From positions 1-34,284 of IMG/VR virus record IMGVR_UViG_3300031216_000035: a stretch of DNA of 34,284 nt. One strand, given 5' to 3'. Positions 27,762 through 34,284 of this stretch are shown piece after piece. The notes beneath the pieces are model-generated. The model was not told the origin of the DNA. It worked only from the letters and a program-made list of their open reading frames with translations, and searched no databases. The position numbers and the translations under genes were made by a program. This stretch comes from a virus (lineage: Duplodnaviria; Caudoviricetes). Position 1 is the stretch's first letter; every line of letters starts with the position of its first letter.

Positions 27762-28180
27762 TATTCTTCACACCCATCACAAGTTTCACAATCACAATTG
27801 CATTCTGTACTTGATTCCAATTCTTTTATTTGTGTCATCAATCCACCAACGAATTCTTCATGGTGACTTTCAAACGTAACTTGTGCTTTGTTCAAATCAT
27901 CTTCCAAATCTTCAATCTTGCTTTCAAGTTCTTCCACCTCTGAACGTAACGATTCGATGTCTTCCACTTCATCTTCCAAGTCTGAACCGGACATTTCACG
28001 CCCCATGAATATTGATGACCGTATTGAATCAATAGTGTCATCAATGAACAGGGAATACGAACCGGGGAATTTTAACCCGTTCAACACATTCCCGTTTTCA
28101 TTCATTTGTTTTTGACCCCATTCCAATACATCAATAATATATTCGGCGTCACTTTTATTTCCTTCAAATTCTATATACAT
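27761..28180 (-). CDS. Acidic coiled-coil protein with C-terminal Cys cluster
   Basis: Start moved to ATG 28180 (GAGG RBS); ends ECNCDCETCDGCEE. Confidence 0.65.
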   Translation of the reverse strand: MYIEFEGNKSDAEYIIDVLEWGQKQMNENGNVLNGLKFPGSYSLFIDDTIDSIRSSIFMGREMSGSDLEDEVEDIESLRSEVEELESKIEDLEDDLNKAQVTFESHHEEFVGGLMTQIKELESSTECNCDCETCDGCEE

Positions 28181-28181
28181 T

Positions 28182-29354
28182 TTAAACCTCTTGTTCCCAT
28201 AATTTAATATTAAAATCTTGCTTATTGTCCAATGCCCGGTAAATGTCCCGTTCAATTGTCGCTTGTGTAATGAACTTGTATGCCGTCACGTGGTCGGTTT
28301 GACCCATGCGGTGTGTGCGTCCGTATGACTGATAAAATTCGGTGTACGATTCGGTTGGTGAGAAATAAACAATTACTGTTGTATATGTAAATTCAACCGC
28401 TTCGGAACCTGATTTGTAATTTGCTATTGTCACACTATTTTCAACATCACCCCATTCGTTTTTCTTTGGATAATGTTTTTCGTGACCGTTGCAAACAAAT
28501 ACATTTTTACCTTTTGGAATGGACTTTTTAATTTGTTCCAATTCCAAATCATAGTTGTAAAACACAAGCACGTTTTCTTTTGTGCCGTCCAAAAACTCTT
28601 TCAAGTAATCGGATTTGTCTTTCATGTTGGTGTTGACACGCAACCCGTGACGCAATGACATCATGTTGTCCAATGGTGTGTCATCATCAAGCATTCGTGT
28701 CTTCTGAATCCGCTTGTACACTGGTGACGCTTTAAACAACACGTCTTGGAACACCAACGGTGGTAATTCAAGTGCTTCGGACTTGTTTAACCGCCGGGAT
28801 ATGGATTTCCATTGTGCTTCAATTACGTCCGTTTGGTTCCAATCGACAATTTCATTATATCCAAACCGGTTAATTGTGACGGCATGTTTCTTCAAAAATT
28901 GTGTTTTGTTTGGTGTCAATTTGAACATTTTGAAGTAATTAATCATGTCTTCCCAATTGTTTGGTGTTGGTGTGGCACTCAATAGAATGAAACCATCGGC
29001 AATTCTTGTTAGATTGAACCCGGCTTTTCCCCATTTGCCCGTTGAATTTTTCAAACGATGACATTCATCAAATATGACGAAATATCCCCGGTATTTTTGC
29101 CAATCTTTTGCAAGTTTGTTGTAACTGATTGCTTCAAACTCCACGTCATCAAGTAATTCGTCAATTGTACGGTTCCAACCCTGTTCGTTTATCTTGGACG
29201 CCGGTGCCACAATCAAAAGCGGTGATTCCGGGTAGTAATGACGCCAATGGTACAATCCCATGTACGTTTTCCCGGTTCCGGTGTCCATATCATAAACAAA
29301 GTTCCGTGTGGTGTGTTCCATGTACTCTTGTTGGTACGGTAACAACTTAATCAC
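28182..29354 (-). CDS. SNF2-like superfamily 2 helicase
   Basis: LLPYQ, MDTGTGKT, DECH, LSATP, QSYGRTHRMGQ. Confidence 0.93.
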   Translation of the reverse strand: MIKLLPYQQEYMEHTTRNFVYDMDTGTGKTYMGLYHWRHYYPESPLLIVAPASKINEQGWNRTIDELLDDVEFEAISYNKLAKDWQKYRGYFVIFDECHRLKNSTGKWGKAGFNLTRIADGFILLSATPTPNNWEDMINYFKMFKLTPNKTQFLKKHAVTINRFGYNEIVDWNQTDVIEAQWKSISRRLNKSEALELPPLVFQDVLFKASPVYKRIQKTRMLDDDTPLDNMMSLRHGLRVNTNMKDKSDYLKEFLDGTKENVLVFYNYDLELEQIKKSIPKGKNVFVCNGHEKHYPKKNEWGDVENSVTIANYKSGSEAVEFTYTTVIVYFSPTESYTEFYQSYGRTHRMGQTDHVTAYKFITQATIERDIYRALDNKQDFNIKLWEQEV

Positions 29355-29358
29355 GTAT

Positions 29359-29562
29359 TTATGCCCTTGCTTCGATTAACGTGTTTAAACGGTGTATGCG
29401 TGCTTCCGAATCGGTCATTGATTGCAATTCGGCTTCCCGTAACGCTTCCAACGATTCGGTGTCATACATTCCAACTTCCGCAACAAATTCACCCAACATT
29501 ATTTCTTGTTGGCTTGCTTGTGGGTCAACTTCCATTCTGAACAAACGTTCTTGGTCACTCAT
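29359..29562 (-). CDS. Hypothetical protein (67 aa, acidic)
   Basis: GGAGG RBS; ATGA coupling. Confidence 0.7.
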   Translation of the reverse strand: MSDQERLFRMEVDPQASQQEIMLGEFVAEVGMYDTESLEALREAELQSMTDSEARIHRLNTLIEARA

Positions 29563-29801
29563 TTTTCTTTTCCCTCCACTTTTAATTTCGTTAATTCCTG
29601 ATAGTAATAATGCTTTTCTTTGATTGCGGTGATTGATATTCCCATCAACGCTTTTTCAACGGTGCATTTCCCGGCACGTACCATGTTCAACCATGACTTC
29701 ACAACAATGTCTTTTTCATACAATACTTGTAATTCAAAGTTGTTTGCCATGATTTTGTCTAATTTGTTAATTTCTGAATCGTGCATATATGCTTTCACCA
29801 A
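29559..29801 (-). CDS. Hypothetical protein (start uncertain)
   Basis: In the ORF track; fills the operon. Confidence 0.6.
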   Translation of the reverse strand: MVKAYMHDSEINKLDKIMANNFELQVLYEKDIVVKSWLNMVRAGKCTVEKALMGISITAIKEKHYYYQELTKLKVEGKEK

Positions 29802-29952
29802 TATAGATGGTCACAACAATTGCAAGTGCCACGGGTATCGGCATGACGAACCAACGCCACGAAACCAACCCAAACAATGCAAGCACGAATCCAACCACCG
29901 TAATCGCAACCGATAATTCGGCAAGCGTTTTTGTAATCTTTTCCATGTTCAA
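29767..29952 (-). CDS. Small two-TM membrane protein
   Basis: Two hydrophobic segments around SWRWFVMP. Confidence 0.65.
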   Translation of the reverse strand: MNMEKITKTLAELSVAITVVGFVLALFGLVSWRWFVMPIPVALAIVVTIYIGESIYARFRN

Positions 29953-30227
29953 CCCCTCATGTGTTCTTTAACTTGTTCCAGTGATTCGGCAACAAATGCC
30001 ATTCCACCGGTTTCGTTAATTCGTTTTATATTCCACTTTTGTAATTCTGTTGGTTGTTCACCGGGTGCTTTGACTTCGATTCCAATGAACCGTCCCATGT
30101 GACAAACCAATATGTCCGGCACTCCGGCTTGTGAAAATTTGCTTCCGTGATATTTCACCACGTATGCACCAAGTTCATCACGTAAATACGACTTGATTTT
30201 ATTTTCAATATTCTTTTCCGTTGCCAT
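29949..30227 (-). CDS. VRR-NUC domain nuclease/resolvase
   Basis: EKNIE, AGVPDIL, GIEVKAPG...Q. Confidence 0.93.
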   Translation of the reverse strand: MATEKNIENKIKSYLRDELGAYVVKYHGSKFSQAGVPDILVCHMGRFIGIEVKAPGEQPTELQKWNIKRINETGGMAFVAESLEQVKEHMRG

Positions 30228-30481
30228 TATTTTTTTGGTTCCGTTGGCAAGTCTTGAAATTCCATTGCTTCTTTTGCAATGTCCCGTTCAACATAGAATA
30301 GATATTCCACACCAAGTTTCGGAAAAAACTTGTCACGTATCATATACATTTCATTGCGTGTGAATTGGGTTATGCCGTTTTTCTTATTCCGCATTGTGCG
30401 GTTCGTCACTCCAAGTTCTTGTGCAATGGAATCAAGTGATACATTTGAACGCTTGAATTCCGCATTTAAATTGTTAAACAT
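30227..30481 (-). CDS. XRE/Cro-like HTH regulator
   Basis: NLNAEFKR...IAQELGV...KKNG.TQFT..E...I...FFP...EYLF; first gene of the early operon. Confidence 0.85.
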   Translation of the reverse strand: MFNNLNAEFKRSNVSLDSIAQELGVTNRTMRNKKNGITQFTRNEMYMIRDKFFPKLGVEYLFYVERDIAKEAMEFQDLPTEPKK

Positions 30482-30545
30482 TTAATCCCCTTATTAGATT
30501 TGTAAATTTGTTTCCCTCCAATCACATTACATAATTGATACTACT

Positions 30546-30575
30546 ATCATACCGCTTTTGGATTGAAATATACAA
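30546..30575 (-). promoter_or_regulatory. Sigma70-type early promoter
   Basis: TTGTAT (30575-30570), 18 nt, TATGAT (30551-30546). Confidence 0.55.
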
Positions 30576-30885
30576 GCCGGTTTTTGTAAAAACTTTTCCA
30601 CATGTGGACAACATATTTTCCAACACTTGTGGTGGTCTACTGTGACCACCCCCACACGTATTGGTTGGGGCTATGGGGTGTCCCCCACCGGACACATGTT
30701 TTGCCCTGAAAAAATATTTTACACGGGGCTTGTCCCCTCCCCTACCCCGTGGGTGTGTCGGTCTTTTTTATTTTTGACCCCTGTTAAAAACGAACTAAAG
30801 ACGAACAAAACGTTGTAAGTTTGACATTTTGTCAAAATAGTGGTGGGGAAGTGAACAAAATACGAACGGGGAAGTGGTACCAATT

Positions 30886-30913
30886 AAAAAACCGCCCTTT
30901 CGGACGGTCTTTT
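30886..30913 (-). terminator. Rho-independent terminator after the lysis cassette
   Basis: GACCGTCC-GAAA-GGGCGGTT followed by Ts; also T-flanked on the plus strand, so possibly bidirectional. Confidence 0.85.
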
Positions 30914-30935
30914 GTGTGAACACATTTGTTGTGTA

Positions 30936-31136
30936 TTAGAACGGGGCAAGTCCGTTCAACTTGGTCTTGTCACTAACGTGGATTGCTTTATCAATTGCCT
31001 TTAATATAGCGGTTCCAATCAATGCCCATGCGGTTGGGTCTTGTACGTTTGCAAGTTGTGTTACAAGCACCGGCACGATGGCCAATAAAAGTAATCTTCC
31101 AAGTTCTTTTAATGCTTCAATTTTTGCTTTACTCAT
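30936..31136 (-). CDS. Putative holin (66 aa)
   Basis: Two hydrophobic helices; directly after the endolysin; AAGGGG RBS. Confidence 0.65.
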   Translation of the reverse strand: MSKAKIEALKELGRLLLLAIVPVLVTQLANVQDPTAWALIGTAILKAIDKAIHVSDKTKLNGLAPF

Positions 31137-31140
31137 TATA

Positions 31141-32064
31141 TTATTCCCCTTTATTACTATTTAAAAACGGTAAATATTTTGTTAAAAATTTACCAAGTTG
31201 ACGCATGAATGTATCGGCGGTTTCTGAATCCGCTTCATTTGCCATGGTCAATTCTTCAATTTTCGTTTGTGCTTCAATTGCCTTTTGGTTGGCAACTGTG
31301 ACGGCTTTATTCAAATCATCAAGTTGCTTTTGTGTTGGACGTTCACCCATTTCGGCAAGTTTCTTTTGAATGGCTTGCAATTCGGTGTTGGACTTCTTCA
31401 ATGCGTTTCCAAGATTAACCGCATTTTTTTCCGCATTCACCAAACGTGGGATTCTATTACGCCAATTCACACCCTCCGATGATTTGAAAAATTGCCAAAT
31501 TTTTGCATTGGTTTCTTGACCAACGTGGTTTTTATTTAAATCCCTATCACTTGCACCCGAATGTGCGTCCAACCGCCCCAATAATCCGTGTGCCAATATT
31601 CGTGCAATACTCAAATCCGTTTTACTCATTGTGCTTGACCCTCCTGTTTTTGGGGTCAACCACCCGGACACTTTTGACCAACCCCGATTTTTAATATATG
31701 CCACTCCACCGGGATTTCCCCCGTTTTGTTCCATCACTGTCATACCACTTGATGTGGCACTTAATACCAACGCCGTGTGTCCCCATGGTTGGTAAAAATC
31801 TTTACTCCAAACTACAATGTCACCTTTTTTCGGTAACTGGTTTGGATTTCCAACTTCATTCTTTACCCGTGTAAAATATTGACCAATTGGATTTGCAAAT
31901 ATTCTATAAAGTCCCTCGGCACCACCGGAACCGGTTGGAAACGATGGACACCCGTGGACTTTACGGGCATATTTGGCAACAACGTCCCAACATTGCGCCC
32001 CATAATAACCATCTTCATCAATGTGTTTTCCACTGTACTGTTCGATGTATTGATCAACTGTCAT
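31141..32064 (-). CDS. Endolysin: CHAP domain + helical domain + coiled coil
   Basis: DGYYGAQCWD (Cys), KKGDIVVW, WGHTA (His), EQN. Confidence 0.9.
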   Translation of the reverse strand: MTVDQYIEQYSGKHIDEDGYYGAQCWDVVAKYARKVHGCPSFPTGSGGAEGLYRIFANPIGQYFTRVKNEVGNPNQLPKKGDIVVWSKDFYQPWGHTALVLSATSSGMTVMEQNGGNPGGVAYIKNRGWSKVSGWLTPKTGGSSTMSKTDLSIARILAHGLLGRLDAHSGASDRDLNKNHVGQETNAKIWQFFKSSEGVNWRNRIPRLVNAEKNAVNLGNALKKSNTELQAIQKKLAEMGERPTQKQLDDLNKAVTVANQKAIEAQTKIEELTMANEADSETADTFMRQLGKFLTKYLPFLNSNKGE

Positions 32065-32082
32065 GGCGTCCCCTTTGTGGTT

Positions 32083-32091
32083 ATTATATCA
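32083..32091 (-). promoter_or_regulatory. Extended -10 promoter for the endolysin
   Basis: Perfect TGATATAAT followed by AAAGGGG RBS. Confidence 0.6.
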
Positions 32092-32646
32092 CTATTGTAA
32101 TTCGGGTGCTGGTTTCGGCTTCACTTCCAATATATCAAACCGATTGTTGCTTTGAACTTCTTGGGTTTTGGTGTTGCCAAATTCATCAATTATTGTGATA
32201 AACGATTCAACATAGCAATCACGTTGTGGTTTGTCTATTGTGATCGGTTCAAATTTGGTTCCCTGTTCAAAATTACCAAACACCCATTTCGATGTTTCGA
32301 TTTTTCCGTCCGTGTTTTTTATGGAACCACGGGAAAATGCAGTTGCCACAAGTGATTTTGGTTCGGTTGGGCAAAATATTTTGTCAATGTAACTTGCTGG
32401 GTATGAACCAAACCCACGCCGTATACTTTGGAACACAATTTGTTCACCAACAAAATATGTCGGTTCAACGACAATATCTTCATATTCAAAAAAATCTGAT
32501 GATGGTGCTTTTCTTGCAATTTCGGCGTCATTGCGATCACTAGATTGTTGACGAAATTCAACAAAATTTGTAATGGCTATCGACGCCACTGCAAAGAACG
32601 TGAAAAAAACCATTGCGTCGAAAAAAAATTGTCGATATATCTTCAT
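32092..32646 (-). CDS. Membrane-anchored protein (N-terminal TM, beta-rich domain with two Cys)
   Basis: Hydrophobic residues ~7-30; no lipobox; in the lysis cassette. Confidence 0.7.
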   Translation of the reverse strand: MKIYRQFFFDAMVFFTFFAVASIAITNFVEFRQQSSDRNDAEIARKAPSSDFFEYEDIVVEPTYFVGEQIVFQSIRRGFGSYPASYIDKIFCPTEPKSLVATAFSRGSIKNTDGKIETSKWVFGNFEQGTKFEPITIDKPQRDCYVESFITIIDEFGNTKTQEVQSNNRFDILEVKPKPAPELQ

Positions 32647-32855
32647 TATTTTTTGCCCCTATTGAACATTTCAGAAACGTTGAATTCAGCAGAAACACCA
32701 ACACCGAAGAAACCACCAATGACCCACCACGGAATGTCTGCGTCTGGTAGTGCAAACAATTTGATTCCTATCAAAACGAATGCAAAACCGAAACCAATGA
32801 TTTGAACAGTTCTTTTTGCAAGTTTTTCTTCTTTTCTATCTTGTTTTTGTGACAT
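32646..32855 (-). CDS. Small two-TM membrane protein (holin-like)
   Basis: Two hydrophobic segments and basic termini; TAATG coupling. Confidence 0.65.
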   Translation of the reverse strand: MSQKQDRKEEKLAKRTVQIIGFGFAFVLIGIKLFALPDADIPWWVIGGFFGVGVSAEFNVSEMFNRGKK

Positions 32856-32943
32856 GAATTATACCCTTTATTATTGTGTATAAAAACCAACCAATCGGTA
32901 TGCCAATCATAAGTCCGTAAATGAATGGTGTAACAGATTCCAT
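32836..32943 (-). CDS. Single-TM peptide (35 aa)
   Basis: MESVTPFIYGLMIGIPIGWFLYTIIKGIIHVTKTR; AAGGGG RBS. Not in the ORF track. Confidence 0.55.
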   Translation of the reverse strand: MESVTPFIYGLMIGIPIGWFLYTIIKGIIHVTKTR

Positions 32944-33012
32944 TTTGCTATTGTACCCCTTTGGTTGATTTAAGTTTGTTCGATTTAATACACGTTTGTA
33001 TATTTCTTTTAT

Positions 33013-33021
33013 ATTTTAACA
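33013..33021 (-). promoter_or_regulatory. Extended -10 promoter for lysis cassette membrane genes
   Basis: TGTTAAAAT in intergenic DNA. Confidence 0.5.
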
Positions 33022-33040
33022 TGTTTGTGCTTTTAAATTT

Positions 33041-34284
33041 TTAAAAATATTCTTTTATTATTACAATACCATCGGCACCATCACCACCACTTGCACTTGT
33101 GACATTACCCCAACCACCATTTCCACCACCACCGGGTGCAAAACCATCTATACCGGCAACAGAGTTTCCACCCTGACGTCCTGAACGTTGTTCTTGTGCA
33201 TAAAATGACGCACCACCACCCCCGGCGTCCGCACTACCGTTGAAATAATGACCACCTTTTCCACCGCTTAATAAAAAGTCACCAGTGGTACCCACTCCGG
33301 CGTCACCCCCTGTTCTGTCATCGGTGGTTGCACCACCACCAGTTGCAACAACAAGACTTCCAAAACTACTTGTACCCCCTGCACTTCCTGCATTATTTCC
33401 TGCTGAACCACCCGAACCACCTGCACCAACGGTTACCGATTCGGTACTTGATAAATTGTCTTCCATTATTCTTGCTTTAGCATATCCACCACCGCCACCA
33501 CCGTTTGCCACACGTCCACCGCTTTGTGAACCACGTCCACCACCGCCACCACCAACAACTTCAACATCAACATATTTCAGATTATCTGGTTTTGTCCATG
33601 TTGATGATGATGTTGCATAAATAGTGTTCCCAAGTACACCCAATACACGCCCGTTTATTTCAAAACCATTTTCAACAGTGGGTATATTACCAACGGCAAC
33701 ACTATTTCTTTTTTTATCAATATAAAATATTGGTTTCCCGGCACTCATGGTAAACGCCGTTGTGGTGGTATTCAATTCATCGGTTGCACGTGCTTCAAAA
33801 TCAACCGAAACCGAATTGTCCAAACTCAATGCAATATCGGTTGTGTCGAACGTTCCTGTTCCAACGGTGCGTGTCATGGTTGTCCATGCCGTCCATGTTC
33901 CACCATTTAATTTGTATCTATATTCAACCGCACTTGTACCAACCGTGTTTTTATCAACACCACCAATGGTCAATCTTGAAAATGAACCGGACACTTCCAA
34001 TGTTGTGTCATTTTCAAATCCGTTCAAACGGGTTGCCATCACGTTCACACTTGGTTTTGCATATGGAATCATTGTCAATGTTTTGTTGACCGTGGCAACA
34101 TTTCCACGACTATCAACGGCGTTCACCACTTGCGACAAGTTTGCCCCGGAATTTATGACACCATGTGAAAATGTCCGGTCAACTGTTGCGGAAAATGGTT
34201 GTGTGATTTTAATACCATTGACCGTGCTTTCATATCTGACAGCACTTGCGGAAAATTTCGTGGTCATTTTGTCGGCAACAAGAA
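33041..34284 (-). CDS. 3' part of DUF859-like tail fibre with glycine-rich C-terminal domain
   Basis: Continuation of the gene starting at 972; WTKP...VEVVGGGGGG...GGTSSFG...GADGIVIIKEYF glycine-rich tail module. Confidence 0.85.
   Translation of the reverse strand, partial: LVADKMTTKFSASAVRYESTVNGIKITQPFSATVDRTFSHGVINSGANLSQVVNAVDSRGNVATVNKTLTMIPYAKPSVNVMATRLNGFENDTTLEVSGSFSRLTIGGVDKNTVGTSAVEYRYKLNGGTWTAWTTMTRTVGTGTFDTTDIALSLDNSVSVDFEARATDELNTTTTAFTMSAGKPIFYIDKKRNSVAVGNIPTVENGFEINGRVLGVLGNTIYATSSSTWTKPDNLKYVDVEVVGGGGGGRGSQSGGRVANGGGGGGYAKARIMEDNLSSTESVTVGAGGSGGSAGNNAGSAGGTSSFGSLVVATGGGATTDDRTGGDAGVGTTGDFLLSGGKGGHYFNGSADAGGGGASFYAQEQRSGRQGGNSVAGIDGFAPGGGGNGGWGNVTSASGGDGADGIVIIKEYF
34115..34284. 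repeat. Terminal direct repeat, copy 2
   Basis: 169/170 identical to 1-170. Confidence 0.97.

Noticed and set aside
30627-30818. 63-aa plus-strand ORF in the control region
   Set aside because: No RBS and atypical composition; it overlies hairpins better explained as non-coding structure.
30482-30935. CRISPR mini-array or tRNA in the largest intergenic region
   Set aside because: Repeats are at most 9 bp with no spacer periodicity; no cloverleaf or T-loop motif.
1-34284. Alternative genetic code (TGA or TAG recoding)
   Set aside because: Core genes are intact under code 11 and end in TAA, TAG (portal, capsid) and TGA (MuF) with tight coupling to the next gene.

Overview
This window is very probably a complete ~34.1 kb tailed-phage genome (siphovirus-like Caudoviricetes), assembled as a circle: bases 1-170 recur at 34115-34284 with one mismatch, and a tail gene reads in frame across the join. 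Nearly all credible genes are on the minus strand. In transcription order from ~30480 down there is an early promoter, an HTH regulator and a replication module (VRR-NUC, SNF2 helicase, YqaJ-like nuclease, AAA_24 ATPase, DUF669-like SSB, family B DNA polymerase, AEP primase/SF3 helicase). About 20 small accessory ORFs follow, then terminase, an SPP1-type portal, a MuF head protein with a C-terminal papain-fold toxin-like domain plus a candidate immunity gene, scaffold, capsid, head-tail genes, tail genes with a -1 frameshifting chaperone, and a membrane-protein-rich lysis cassette with a CHAP endolysin. I recognised no integrase, partition system, CI-type repressor, tRNA or CRISPR array. The most unusual feature is a divergent pair of stand-alone paralogs of the primase C-terminal winged-helix domain flanking an origin-like AT-rich palindromic spacer (16993-17870), a candidate replication-control or lifestyle switch. 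All family assignments are from motif recognition by eye; no searches were run.
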